This document shows, one piece after another, positions 20,173-30,551 of a DNA stretch of 64,000 nucleotides. The notes under the pieces are model-generated. The model ran no database searches. It saw only the letters and a list, made by a program, of their open reading frames with translations, and was not told the DNA's origin. The stretch is from an uncultured Acidobacteriaceae bacterium (GTDB taxonomy: Bacteria > Acidobacteriota > Terriglobia > Terriglobales > Acidobacteriaceae), in assembly GCA_963759285.1 (NCBI GenBank), contig CAVWYS010000005.1, positions 3,522 to 67,521 of the forward strand, in the 5' to 3' direction. The position numbers were made by a program, and so were the translations under genes. The number at the start of each line of letters is the position of its first letter. The stretch's first letter is position 1.

Positions 20173-21549
20173 TCATCGCTTTTTCGCCGGAATGTTTTGT
20201 CCACCCTGATGCAAAATAAGCGAGCCGGTCGCACCACTGGTATCCGGTACAAATTCGATCTCCGCGTTGACCTGCGCAATAAAGAAACGCGGATGCCCGT
20301 CTTTCACGCCCTGGTACATCATCGCAATCGCCGGCTGCCCCGTTCCCTGCCCCGTAAGGTGATCGCCGGCAATCGCGATGGTTAGCGAAAATGTCGGCGC
20401 GAGATCGTAGACACCCACAAACTTCGCCATCTCTTCCTTCGAGATCGGTACGGCCTTGTGTTCGTTCGCCAGCACCACAGGCTTGCCGAGCACAGTATCC
20501 ATCAGCTGATCGCCCATTGCACCGGGTGCGCTGCCATTCACGTTGCTCAGGACAACAACGGCAATCTGTTTTTCCGGTGCGAACATCAGGTTGGTGTTGA
20601 ATCCCTCGATACCGCCGCCGTGGCTGACAATGCGTACGCCGTCCCTGTTCTGTATGAAGACGCCCAGCCCATAGTCGCCCTTCCCCGGTGTCGTCATCAA
20701 CTTCAGTGACTCCGCGTTCAGAATCTTGCCCCCGAACAGCCCGTGCTCCCATTTCAGCAGATCGCCGGTAGTCGAATAAATTGATCCCGCAGACCACGGA
20801 ATAGTCATCGATTCGGACCGAGCCAATTCAATTCCATGCGCGCCTGGCCGATATCCTTCCGCCCGCTTCGGAAGTACAAGCTCGTCGCTATCCAGCCCGG
20901 AATCCTTCATCCCAAGCGGCTCGAAAATCCGCTCACGCAGAAGATCGCCATATTTCTTCCCACTCACCTTCTCGATCACCACACCAAGCACGATGAAGTT
21001 TGAATTGCTGTAATCGAATTTGCTTCCCGGTTCAAAGTCCAGCGGCTTGTCGCGAAACAGCGCAATTTCCTCTTGCTGCGTGTGCGGACTCATGCTCCAG
21101 GTTGGAAACTCCTTGAATCCCGTAAAGCTTGGAATGCCCGACGTATGCCCCAGCAGATTCGCCAGCGTAATCTTCGCCCACGCCGGCGGCGAGTCGGGTA
21201 AATATTTGCTGACAGGATCGTTGATATTGAGCTTCCCATCCTGCTGCAGCAGCAGAACGAGCGTCGCTGTGAACTGCTTGGTCAGCGATCCAAGACGGAA
21301 CTTCGCTTCAGGCACATTCGGCACCTGCCACTCGAGACTCGCCATCCCGTATCCCTTGTCAAGCAGAACGTTGTCGCCCTCCACTACCAGAACCGTACCC
21401 ATAAATGCGTTGTCCGGGGTGTAGGAGTTGGCGATCTGCTCTAGACGAGCTTTCGTGGCCGCCTCGTCTTTCCCCTGCGCACCGCTGTTGATCGTGCCGC
21501 CAAAGACAAGCACCAATGCGAATAAAGCAACAAACATCCGACGCACCAT
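20173..21549 (-). CDS. Serine hydrolase (beta-lactamase class C-like) with a C-terminal DUF3471-like domain
   Basis: FRLGSLTKQFT, FDYSNSNF, SHGGGIEGF; signal peptide. Confidence 0.88.
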   Translation of the reverse strand: MVRRMFVALFALVLVFGGTINSGAQGKDEAATKARLEQIANSYTPDNAFMGTVLVVEGDNVLLDKGYGMASLEWQVPNVPEAKFRLGSLTKQFTATLVLLLQQDGKLNINDPVSKYLPDSPPAWAKITLANLLGHTSGIPSFTGFKEFPTWSMSPHTQQEEIALFRDKPLDFEPGSKFDYSNSNFIVLGVVIEKVSGKKYGDLLRERIFEPLGMKDSGLDSDELVLPKRAEGYRPGAHGIELARSESMTIPWSAGSIYSTTGDLLKWEHGLFGGKILNAESLKLMTTPGKGDYGLGVFIQNRDGVRIVSHGGGIEGFNTNLMFAPEKQIAVVVLSNVNGSAPGAMGDQLMDTVLGKPVVLANEHKAVPISKEEMAKFVGVYDLAPTFSLTIAIAGDHLTGQGTGQPAIAMMYQGVKDGHPRFFIAQVNAEIEFVPDTSGATGSLILHQGGQNIPAKKR

Positions 21550-21630
21550 AAACTCTTCCTCTCTTGCTCAGTGAATAATTCCGTTTCTGAACCGGCCGCA
21601 CCCAGGCCGCACTCAATGTCCGTGCGATTC

Positions 21631-23862
21631 TTACTCCTTATCCAACCGAAACGCCGCCGCCTGGAAATCCCCTTTGAAATCCTCACTCATCTCCAGCCCA
21701 TGATTCATCCACCACGCTCCACTTGCCGTCATCAGGCTTCCCTTCTTCAATGCGCCCTCAATCGGCGTCAGCGCGTACTCCGCCTTCGGATCGAGCCCCT
21801 CCAGCTTCAGCAGCGGAAACCCGCGCCCCTCCTGCGTTGAATGGATAAACGCAAACACTACCGACTGGCTCTTGTCGTGATTCACCGTCTGCGTCGCCGA
21901 GAACTCGCTCCCGTTCCGCGGCGAAATCAGCCGGTACAGATCCCCCTGCACAATCGTCCTCTGCGCCTGGTGATACGCCGCGATCAGCCGCTTGGCCGTC
22001 GCCATCTCCTCGTCGTTCCACTTGCTGATGTTCGCGCCAATACCCAGCGAGCCCTGCATTGAGCTCAGCATCCGGTACTGCAGCGAAGTAACACGCCGTT
22101 GTCCCTCCAGCGTATGCGGCGAGTCCGTCACCCACGCCATCATGATCTGCGGCGTATACGCATAGGTGAACCCGTCCTGCTGCGTCAGTCGGTCAAACGG
22201 ATCAGTATTGTCCGACGGCCAAACTTCATCCGCATACTGCAGAATTCCCAGGTCGACGCGTCCTCCACCCCCAGAACACGACTCCAACTCCACCTTCGGA
22301 TGCCGCTTCTTCAACTCCGCAAAAATCGCGTACAGGTTTCGCGTGTACTCCACGTAAACTTTCTTCTGCTCCGCCGGCGGAAGCTGATCCCAGCCCGGCT
22401 CGCTCCAGTTCCGGTTGTAATCCCACTTCAGAAATGCAATATCGTTCTCCGTAAGCAGCTTGTCGAGGAATCCGAGAATGTAATCCCGCACATCCGGCCG
22501 CGCAAGGTTCAACACAAGCTGATTCCGCTGCTCCGACCGTGGCCTCCCCGGAAAATTAAGCACCCACTCCGGATGCTTCCGATACAAATCAGAGTCCGGA
22601 TTCACCATCTCCGGCTCGACCCACAGCCCAAAATCCATCACCAGCGCATGCACCTTATCGATCAACGGCTTCAGCCCGTGCGGAAACTTCGTCGAGTTCA
22701 CATACCAGTCGCCCAGCCCAGCGTGATCGTCCTTCCGCTGTCCAAACCACCCATCGTCCATCACAAACCGATCGACACCCAACTCCGCCGCCTTCTCCGC
22801 CAGCGCCTTCTGCCCGTCTTCGGTAACGTTGAACTCCGTCGCCTCCCACGAGTTGTAGATCACCGGCCGCGGCTTGGGAGCAGCATCCTCCCCTTCGCCC
22901 ACTCGATGCGGTAGCACGTGCGCAATCTCGTAGTGATGCAAAATCCGCGAAGCCCCGCCCAGTCCATGCGCGCTATACCCGCCATAAAAAATGGGCGACT
23001 CCAGCTTCTCCCCCGGCTTCAGCACGTACCCAAAATCAAAAGGATTGAACCCACCCGTCACACGAACCCCGTCCAACTGGTCCTGCTCGACGGTGATCCT
23101 CCACGAACCACTCCACGCCAGCGCCCCAAACCACACCTCGCCGGCATTCTCATCCGGCCGGTCGCCCGCCTCAATCGCAAACCACGGGTTCGCCTGGTGC
23201 CCTGTCGACCCTCGACGGCTCTCAATCACGCGCGCTCCAGGATGCAGCGTCTCCTGCGTCAGCGTCCACTCGCCCGCCCATCGCCCGGTCAGATAATTCA
23301 GCGTGTAATGCGCCGCCGGCAGAGCCCACGACGCCGCAGCCGCCTGCTCAATCGTGATCGGTTGCGCCTCCTTGTTCTCAATCGTCGCCGACCGCGCCAG
23401 AATCCCGCTCCCTGCATCCATCGAGTAGTGCAGCGTCACGAAAACCTGCCGTTTGATGTCCTTGAGAACAATATTGAAACCATCCGATGTGCTCTCATGC
23501 CGCTCGTAATGCAGCACCAGGTCGCGATTCCCATCCGCAAACGTCACCTTCAGCGCCGGCTCCACAAACAACCCCGCGCCCCATCCCGCGTACTCCTGCG
23601 GTGTCGTCGTATTCGACGAGTCAAACGAAGCCCATTCGCGCGCAGGTACCGCCTGCGGAATCCGATCCGCAGCCCCCAACCGCCCGCCCCAGTAAAGCTG
23701 CTGCAATTCCCCACGCGCGTTCACGCCAAACGCATACGTAACATTGCCTCCGTCCAGCCGAAACACCTTACTGCCGTCGTCAAACGCAGCCCCGGAAGTC
23801 TGCGCCTGAGCAGCAAATGCAGAGGAAAGAAGCACAAGGACCGAAAACATTCTGCGCAGCAT
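21631..23862 (-). CDS. Exported alpha-galactosidase, glycoside hydrolase family 36
   Basis: IYNSWEA, FVMDDGWFGQR, GLGDW, FGLWVEPEMVN, FLKWDYNR, ESCSGGGGRVD, WPSDNTD; start ATG 23862 with AGGAAAG RBS. Confidence 0.93.
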   Translation of the reverse strand: MLRRMFSVLVLLSSAFAAQAQTSGAAFDDGSKVFRLDGGNVTYAFGVNARGELQQLYWGGRLGAADRIPQAVPAREWASFDSSNTTTPQEYAGWGAGLFVEPALKVTFADGNRDLVLHYERHESTSDGFNIVLKDIKRQVFVTLHYSMDAGSGILARSATIENKEAQPITIEQAAAASWALPAAHYTLNYLTGRWAGEWTLTQETLHPGARVIESRRGSTGHQANPWFAIEAGDRPDENAGEVWFGALAWSGSWRITVEQDQLDGVRVTGGFNPFDFGYVLKPGEKLESPIFYGGYSAHGLGGASRILHHYEIAHVLPHRVGEGEDAAPKPRPVIYNSWEATEFNVTEDGQKALAEKAAELGVDRFVMDDGWFGQRKDDHAGLGDWYVNSTKFPHGLKPLIDKVHALVMDFGLWVEPEMVNPDSDLYRKHPEWVLNFPGRPRSEQRNQLVLNLARPDVRDYILGFLDKLLTENDIAFLKWDYNRNWSEPGWDQLPPAEQKKVYVEYTRNLYAIFAELKKRHPKVELESCSGGGGRVDLGILQYADEVWPSDNTDPFDRLTQQDGFTYAYTPQIMMAWVTDSPHTLEGQRRVTSLQYRMLSSMQGSLGIGANISKWNDEEMATAKRLIAAYHQAQRTIVQGDLYRLISPRNGSEFSATQTVNHDKSQSVVFAFIHSTQEGRGFPLLKLEGLDPKAEYALTPIEGALKKGSLMTASGAWWMNHGLEMSEDFKGDFQAAAFRLDKE

Positions 23863-24042
23863 AAAGTCTTTCCTGAAGTGATTTTTCAAACCGCCCATCA
23901 TAGCATCGGTTTGCACACTTCGCCGCACTTGACCACCAGCCATTCGCCGTTCACCCAGCCGCCATACCGCTTCACAACACTTGTTAACAGCCTTCAACCC
24001 AGGTATGGGCTATCCTGAAGCTGACCCAGCCGGAGGTTCAGG

Positions 24043-25488
24043 ATGCTCTCCCCAACCCTAACCGCGCCAGCCTGTCCCACTCCCGCCGAAACCATCGCGG
24101 CCGCGATTGATCGCATCGTTCCCTTGCAGGGACTTCCCTTCGAAGACCGCCTCTGGCTCGCACAAAACGGCGAAGAGGTCGTCGCGCAGCCAGGCGACAT
24201 CCTCTTTGAAGAAGGCCAGCCCGCCGATCGCATGATCCTCATCCTCAAAGGAGAAATTCACGTCCGCCGCCAGCGCGGTGGACCCATGGAGCTCTTCATT
24301 GGCCGCACCGGTCAGATGACTGGCCTCCTTCCCTTCTCCCGCATGAAGATGTCAGGCGGCCAGGGTTTCGCCATCACACCGGTCTGGGCCTTGCTCGTCA
24401 TGAAGGAAAAATTCCCTGAGATGCTCGAGGCCATTCCCTCGATGACCCAGCGCGTCGTCTCCACTCTGCTCGACCGCGTGCGCGAAGTCACCCGCATCGA
24501 GCAGCAGGCTGAAAAGCTCACCGCCCTCGGCAAGCTCGCCGGCAATCTGGCTCACGAACTCAACAATCCCGCATCGGCCGCCCAGCGCGCTGCCTCCAGC
24601 CTTGTCATGGAGCTCCGCTCCAACCGCGAAAACCGCTTCAAGCTCGTCAACCTCTGCCTCTCCGACAAACAGATCCAGGGCGTCGAAGCCTGGGAACAAA
24701 AGATGATCGGCCGGTCGATTCGCCTGGATCCGCGCGATACCGGCGCGCAGATCCAGCTCGAAGAAGAACTCCGCAACTGGCTCACCTCTCTCCCCTGCGA
24801 AGGAGCATGGGAAGTGGCCGCCCAGCTCGCGGAGCAACGCACCACCGTCGCCGACCTCGAGGATCTTCGCGAACTCATCGGCGCCAGCGAAAGCTGTGTA
24901 TCCCTCCAGTACTTCGCGCGCTACCTGCGCTCCACACGCTCCGTCGATACCCTGCTCAATTCAACCGCGCGCATCTTCGATCTCATCAGCGCCGTCAAGG
25001 CCTACTCCTACATGGACCGCGCTCCCATTCTCGAAGTCGACGTACCCGCAGGCCTCGACGCAACCATTCAGATGCTCCAGTCGCGCATGAACAACGTCAT
25101 CGTCGAGCGCAACTACCAGCCCGATCTGCCCCGCATCAGCGCCTATGGCAGCGAACTGAACCAGGTCTGGACCGCGCTCATCGAAAACGCACTCGACGCC
25201 CTCGCAGAAACCGACCATGGCGGCAGATTAAAACTCACCTGCCGCCTCGAAGGCGAAATGATGCTGGTCGAAATCTGGGACACGGGTCCCGGCATTCCTC
25301 CCGAGTTGCAGGACCGGATCTTCGAACCCTTCTTCACCACCAAGGCGCCCGGCCAGGGTCTCGGCCTCGGCCTCGACAACGCCATGCGCATCGTGCGAAA
25401 GCATCGTGGCCACCTGAGCGTCCGTTCCGATCCGGGGTCAACCTGCTTCCGCGTTCGCCTCCCGCTCGATCAACTTCAGGCCTACTGA
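24043..25488 (+). CDS. Histidine kinase with an N-terminal cyclic-nucleotide-binding domain
   Basis: GDILFEEGQPADRMILILKGEI (cNMP fold); LAHELNNPASAA; ELNQVWTALIENA; DTGPGIP; IFEPFFTTK; GLGLGL. Confidence 0.9.
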   Translation: MLSPTLTAPACPTPAETIAAAIDRIVPLQGLPFEDRLWLAQNGEEVVAQPGDILFEEGQPADRMILILKGEIHVRRQRGGPMELFIGRTGQMTGLLPFSRMKMSGGQGFAITPVWALLVMKEKFPEMLEAIPSMTQRVVSTLLDRVREVTRIEQQAEKLTALGKLAGNLAHELNNPASAAQRAASSLVMELRSNRENRFKLVNLCLSDKQIQGVEAWEQKMIGRSIRLDPRDTGAQIQLEEELRNWLTSLPCEGAWEVAAQLAEQRTTVADLEDLRELIGASESCVSLQYFARYLRSTRSVDTLLNSTARIFDLISAVKAYSYMDRAPILEVDVPAGLDATIQMLQSRMNNVIVERNYQPDLPRISAYGSELNQVWTALIENALDALAETDHGGRLKLTCRLEGEMMLVEIWDTGPGIPPELQDRIFEPFFTTKAPGQGLGLGLDNAMRIVRKHRGHLSVRSDPGSTCFRVRLPLDQLQAY

Positions 25489-25581
25489 TCACTGTTCTTT
25501 TCTCCCCATGTTCTGCACGGCAATCGCAATTCCTGAGACCAAGCAGCCCAGGAACTGCGACCTCACCATAGGAGAACTCCA

Positions 25582-26001
25582 ATGGCAAAATCCGTGTCTA
25601 GCGAACAGAAAGTTGAAAGGACCGTCACCACCCTGCTGAATGTCCGGCGCGGCGCCGAGGCAATCGATTTCTACACGCGCGCATTTGGTGCCAAAACATT
25701 GTCGCGTATGGACGCCGAAAACGGCAGCATCGTGGCACACCTCTCCGTCGGCAAAGGCGATTTCTGGGTCGCCGACGAATCGCCCGCGCATCAGAACTTC
25801 AGCCCTGAAACCCTGGGCGGCAGCAGCATGCGCATGGTGATCATTGCGGACGACCCGCACGCCCTCTTCGACCAGGCCATCGCCGCTGGGGCCTCGTCTA
25901 TCTGCCCCGTCAGGGATGAGTCTTATGGCTGGCGTATCGGCCGCGTGCTCGATCCGTACGGGCATCACTGGGAAATCGGTAAACCACTCGTGGAGGGTTG
26001 A
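25582..26001 (+). CDS. VOC family protein (PhnB-like)
   Basis: AIDFYTRAFGA, FWVADE, YGWRIGRVLDPYGHHWEI. Confidence 0.88.
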   Translation: MAKSVSSEQKVERTVTTLLNVRRGAEAIDFYTRAFGAKTLSRMDAENGSIVAHLSVGKGDFWVADESPAHQNFSPETLGGSSMRMVIIADDPHALFDQAIAAGASSICPVRDESYGWRIGRVLDPYGHHWEIGKPLVEG

Positions 26002-26005
26002 CTGA

Positions 26006-26566
26006 GTGACGTCTGGCGCAGCGAAAGCTCCGGAACTTATCGAGACCGAACGCCTGCTCCTGCGCCGCCCCAAACGCAGCGACGCCCAGGCCGTCTTTCA
26101 CCGCTACGCCTCCGATCGCGATGTCACGCGCTACCTCAGTTGGCCCACCCACCGCAGTGTTGCCGACACCCTCGCCTTCCTCGCCATGAGCGACGACGAG
26201 TGGCAGCGCTGCCCCGCGGGTCCCTACCTCGTGCTCACACGCGACAACGGCGCCGCCGCCTCGCTCATCGGCAGCACCGGCCTCTTCTATAAAGGCCAAG
26301 CCCGCGCCATCACCGGCTATGTTTTTGCCAGCGATGCCTGGGGCCTCGGCTACGCCACTGAAGCTCTCCAGGCCATGGTCGACATCGCGCGCCAGACCGG
26401 AGTCCAGCGTCTCGAAGCCATCTGCCACGCCGAGCACACCCCCTCCGTCCGCGTCCACGAAAAGTGTGGCTTCTCCCGCGAAGAAGTCCACCGCGAGCAC
26501 TTCGTCTTCCCCAACCTCAAGCCCCAAAAGAAAAGCGACGTCTTCAGCTACGTCCACTGCTTCTGA
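26006..26566 (+). CDS. GNAT family N-acetyltransferase (RimJ/RimL-like)
   Basis: IETERLLLR, GYVFASDAWGLGYATEAL, PSVRVHEKCGF. Confidence 0.88.
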   Translation: MTSGAAKAPELIETERLLLRRPKRSDAQAVFHRYASDRDVTRYLSWPTHRSVADTLAFLAMSDDEWQRCPAGPYLVLTRDNGAAASLIGSTGLFYKGQARAITGYVFASDAWGLGYATEALQAMVDIARQTGVQRLEAICHAEHTPSVRVHEKCGFSREEVHREHFVFPNLKPQKKSDVFSYVHCF

Positions 26567-26669
26567 GCCCGCAGTGCATATATGAACCATCTGACTCTCG
26601 TCTTTAACGCCGGCCTCGAAATGCAAGATGTCGCTCGTGTTCCCATCGCATTTCCCCCGCCCGACACAT

Positions 26670-28361
26670 TTACTCCGCCTTCATCAGCGTCGCAATCAGA
26701 GAATCTCTGCGTTGGTTTGCGTTGTCATCCGAATAGTGCAACACACGCAACCACGCAAAAAACGCGCTCGCTGCCAACACCAGAAATATCGGTACAGGCA
26801 GCCATTTTTCCTTAAGAAACCAGCAAAGCCAAAAGACCAATACTCCCACGCCAAGCACTCCCAATTGAATAAACGTGGCCGGCAGATTGTTGGCCTGCGA
26901 TCCAGCCGGCCGCGTGATGCGACCCGGATTGATGCGGTACGGCGTTGTGAGTGAAAAAATGATTCCTGCGGCCAGATTGCACAGCAACGCAAAAACAAGC
27001 CATGCGCCGGTATCCGCCAGCACCACCAGCGGCGGTACTCCCAACCGAAGACAGGCCAAAACGCCCGCCGCGAATCCCACCAGCGCAAACAGAATCGAAT
27101 GCAGAACATTCTTGGCCAGCAACACAGTCCTGATCGGTGTCGGAGAAAGAAACAACAACTGAATCCCGGCTCCCTCAGCGCCCAGGTTGTTGTAAAACAA
27201 TCCCGTAAATCCAAGCAGCGCGTAAGCCACGCACAAGGGAAACGCATACGGAAACGAATTCCCCGACGTGCTCTTAGGGAAAACGCCTGCAATAAAAGGC
27301 ACAATCAGCGCAGGTATGCAGATCGCCCATAGCAAGGGCATCGTGCGCGAGAGTGAGCGTATCTCCTTCTCCAAAATTGCGACAAACGGACCGGAGCCCC
27401 CCAATGTCCAGCCGCTATCCTTTCGCGTGGCTTTGCCTCGCCTCGGAGCCCAACTCAAATTCTGTCCGCGATACTCAGCCTTCAAACGGCTCGCCAACCC
27501 GCTTCCCGCAAGAACCACCCAGAACCCGAGCACGCTCAGGAATGCCAACCCCTTTGCAGGTTTTTGCTCAACAGCCTCCTGCAATATGCGCGCCCCCGCT
27601 CCCGGCGGCAGCCATTGTTGCATTTGTTCTAAAGGTTGAACAATCGGCGCATACTTCGCCAGCGCATCGTGGAATGGCGCCGTCCCCCCGGGGTGGTGCA
27701 TCGACCTCTGGACTCGCTGCCGATTCCACTCGGAATTAACCGTCAGCAGGCCGACAAAACAAATCATGAACAGCGCCCCCAGAATCTCCCGAGTCTTTCT
27801 TTGCGCCAGCCATCGGTCGATCCACGCAAATACGCCACGCACCAGCAGAATATTGAATACCGCGAAAACCGACAGTGCAAGAGCCGTCCACAACCACAAA
27901 TCGGATCGTGCGATAAAGATTCCCAGCCAGACTCCCAAACAACACAACGCACCCACAATGGTGGAAGCGTCCATCAGCCCGGAGATTAAATTCAGCAGGA
28001 AGTACGATCCAAAACGAATCGGAAAGCAGAGGATAAGTCCAAGGTTGGCCTGCTCTTGAAACGACGCCACCATCATCGGAAACATCAGCCACAGGATGCT
28101 GATCGCCCAAAACAAAACTGGCAAATATTGCCAGGACGAATGCGATGCGACCGAGTAAGCCGCAGCGCATAAGCCAAGTCCCATCCCCAGCCCCATCACG
28201 GAATACAACAGCCACGCAATGCCCGTGGCGCCAAGATCGAACAAGCCGTGAATCGAGCGAAGACCGTTGACGAACATGCACCACCGCAACCGCGCCATCG
28301 CCGCATACTGCGTCCGCGCTTCCCGGCCAAACATTCCTCCCCTGGCCTCTTCCATACCCAC
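26670..28361 (-). CDS. Multi-pass membrane protein, ABC-2-type permease-like
   Basis: 563 aa, about 12 TM segments, FYNNLGAEGAGIQLLFLSP...VLLAKN motif; no ATPase partner adjacent. Confidence 0.65.
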   Translation of the reverse strand: MGMEEARGGMFGREARTQYAAMARLRWCMFVNGLRSIHGLFDLGATGIAWLLYSVMGLGMGLGLCAAAYSVASHSSWQYLPVLFWAISILWLMFPMMVASFQEQANLGLILCFPIRFGSYFLLNLISGLMDASTIVGALCCLGVWLGIFIARSDLWLWTALALSVFAVFNILLVRGVFAWIDRWLAQRKTREILGALFMICFVGLLTVNSEWNRQRVQRSMHHPGGTAPFHDALAKYAPIVQPLEQMQQWLPPGAGARILQEAVEQKPAKGLAFLSVLGFWVVLAGSGLASRLKAEYRGQNLSWAPRRGKATRKDSGWTLGGSGPFVAILEKEIRSLSRTMPLLWAICIPALIVPFIAGVFPKSTSGNSFPYAFPLCVAYALLGFTGLFYNNLGAEGAGIQLLFLSPTPIRTVLLAKNVLHSILFALVGFAAGVLACLRLGVPPLVVLADTGAWLVFALLCNLAAGIIFSLTTPYRINPGRITRPAGSQANNLPATFIQLGVLGVGVLVFWLCWFLKEKWLPVPIFLVLAASAFFAWLRVLHYSDDNANQRRDSLIATLMKAE

Positions 28362-28458
28362 TCCGTTCGCGCCCGCTGCCCATCCCTGATGCTTTCAAGG
28401 ATGGGAGAGCACAAATCTCAATCGCTCTCCGCTCAGTCAACCACTCCTGGCGATAACG

Positions 28459-28503
28459 CTGTCATTCCGACCGACCAACGGGAGCGGAGGAACCTGCAGT
28501 TGC
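28459..28503 (+). repeat. REP-G copy
   Basis: CTGTCATTCCGACCGACCAACGGGAGCGGAGGAACCTGCAGTTGC; 2 compensatory-looking differences from the 16838 copy. Confidence 0.9.
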
Positions 28504-28581
28504 CTTTCCTCGGTCAAGCAGAAAAAGCCACACAAAAACGCAGAATCCCTAACCTTCGAGTTCGGCACACAACTGACCGAC

Positions 28582-29187
28582 CTAAATCTCGATCGCATTC
28601 AACGAAAAGTTCGCCGCGAAGATGCGCAAATACGCTTCCGACTCAGGCCGACCCGGCTCGTCGCAATACCAATTGATGAAGTCGTAGCGCTTCACTCCGT
28701 CGACATCCGTAGGTGCCTCGCTCAACGCGTACAGTTCCATATCTTCCGGCGACGACATTTCAACATTCGTGACACCGTGAAAGCATACGACGTATTCCTT
28801 ACCGGTATCTCCCTCAACCGTTACGCACGCTTCATCATCTACATGCAGAACGGCTCGAACAAATCCATCGTGGAAATCGGGTGAACCCACGTAAGTTATC
28901 GCTGGGTTGTGTTCTTGCAGAAGCCGTTCGCAAATTGCCCGCACTTCTGGACCGTAATTCTCTTCACATTGCGCGATCTGCCGATCCTTCTCGACAAGCG
29001 CCTCAGGCAGCCATTCCCTTCGCACTACCCCCAGCGGCAAGTCATCTTTCTCACTGGCAACACCGAGTAGAGTATTGAGATCTTCCTGGGAAAGAAGCGC
29101 AGAGTCTGCATGGGCAAAGGACACGAGACAGCGCGCTGCCTCGATCGCGCTGATTCGCTTCGAAATCAAATCCCTGGCGATTCGCAC
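28582..29187 (-). CDS. Hypothetical two-domain protein (N-terminal DUF2489-like)
   Basis: ISAIEAAR...GVASEKDDLPLG..R..W..EAL.EKD..I pattern, then a separate YVGSPDFHDG... domain. Confidence 0.55.
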   Translation of the reverse strand: MRIARDLISKRISAIEAARCLVSFAHADSALLSQEDLNTLLGVASEKDDLPLGVVRREWLPEALVEKDRQIAQCEENYGPEVRAICERLLQEHNPAITYVGSPDFHDGFVRAVLHVDDEACVTVEGDTGKEYVVCFHGVTNVEMSSPEDMELYALSEAPTDVDGVKRYDFINWYCDEPGRPESEAYLRIFAANFSLNAIEI

Positions 29188-29225
29188 AGCTACCCTTCAT
29201 CGAGATTCCCGCTTGCTCGCCAAGC

Positions 29226-29687
29226 TCAGAACGAAACATCCGCCGCTTCCGTCACCCGCATCACCGACTGGTCCCCCGTCTTCAGCTTCCACGCCGACCG
29301 AATCGCTTCAATCTTCGCGCGATTCTCCGCCGTATCCAGGTAGTCGATAATCAGCATCTTCGACCTTAATCGCTCCGGCACGGTCTGGTCTTTCCCCTGC
29401 CACTGCCCGTACACGTCCAACACGCTCAGCCCGTCCGGAAAACGCGGCGTCACCTCCCGGTCGAGGAATCGCCGCCAGTCCCCTTCACTCACTCCCTTTT
29501 CCGGATGCTCCGCCGGTCCCAGGCCAAAATACAGCTTCGTATCCACCCAGCCCTTCGTCTGGCCGGGATGCGCCGCGTCCCCCTGCAAGGTAGGCGCGGT
29601 AACTGCGGAAGGCGTGATCGGTGTGTGCGCACAAGCTGCCAGCACAAGCGCCAGGAATGACGCGAGAAATACGCGACGGACGTGCAT
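29226..29687 (-). CDS. DUF3574 family lipoprotein
   Basis: Lipobox LAAC; LYFGLG; WRRFLDREVTPRFPDGLSVLD; GDQSVMRV. Confidence 0.85.
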   Translation of the reverse strand: MHVRRVFLASFLALVLAACAHTPITPSAVTAPTLQGDAAHPGQTKGWVDTKLYFGLGPAEHPEKGVSEGDWRRFLDREVTPRFPDGLSVLDVYGQWQGKDQTVPERLRSKMLIIDYLDTAENRAKIEAIRSAWKLKTGDQSVMRVTEAADVSF

Positions 29688-29727
29688 TTAAGGCTCCAGA
29701 GACCGAAAAAGATCTACAGGGGAAAAC

Positions 29728-30012
29728 CTATTTTTCTACTTCAACTCCACGCCAGAAAGCCACATATCCCTTGATCTTGCGGGCCGCAGGCTTTGGGTCG
29801 GGATAGTACCAGGCCGCATCAGGATTATCCTGCCCATCGATCAGCAGGCTCAAATACCGCGCCTGCCCCTTCCACGGACATGTAGAGGTGGTGCTGCTCG
29901 GCCGGAAGTACTCCCGCTTCAGGCTGTTTTCCGGGAAATAGACGTTTCCCTCAACGATCTCTGTAGTTTCGCTTTCGGCAACAACTTTGCCGTTCCAGAC
30001 TGCTTTTGCCAT
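29728..30012 (-). CDS. DUF427 family protein
   Basis: MAKAVWNGKVVAES..VEGNVYFP; STCPWKGQARY; AAWYYPDP; YVAFW. Confidence 0.9.
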   Translation of the reverse strand: MAKAVWNGKVVAESETTEIVEGNVYFPENSLKREYFRPSSTTSTCPWKGQARYLSLLIDGQDNPDAAWYYPDPKPAARKIKGYVAFWRGVEVEK

Positions 30013-30443
30013 AATCTTTCGCACCGGCATTCGCCACATCGCTTTACCACTCGGGCGAACGCTAACCGTTAGAACAGTAACAGAGATTAGATTCCATGGC
30101 GAGTCAACTGGATGCGAGCGTCCTGGTCTTCCTGGACTGGCTTCTCCCTGACTGACGCCCTTATTCCGAGTGAACGGGGCACAACACGAAGTTCATGCGC
30201 AGTCAAGCCCCGTTGCCACAACTTCGCCCCTAAACCCCTCAATCCAAACGGAAAATAGATTTTTGGTTTTTGCAGGTTATTTCGCGGATCTCGCTATGCT
30301 TGATCTATCCATGAAACTCCTGCGCCGCGTCCGTCGGCCCTGAGAATCCGGAGATCGAACAAGATGCCCAAACCTGCCAAAAATACGCGCCAAAACGCCA
30401 AATCGAATTGCGCATCGCCCAAAGCCCGCCGTCAGAATGCCCC

Positions 30444-30539
30444 TAAGTCCTTTGCTGAGACGACTGTGTGGCTAACCCCAATCCTAAGAAGACTTTGGCC
30501 GGGACGCGCCCTCGTAAATCTATTAGATGGACGACTTTG
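30444..30539. repeat. Array of three quasi-palindromic TAA(G)TC-N12-GACT(T)TG sites
   Basis: TAAGTC-12-GACTGTG (30444), TAACCC-12-GACTTTG (30473), TAAATC-12-GACTTTG (30515). Confidence 0.6.
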
Positions 30540-30551
30540 CAGAAAAAGTAC

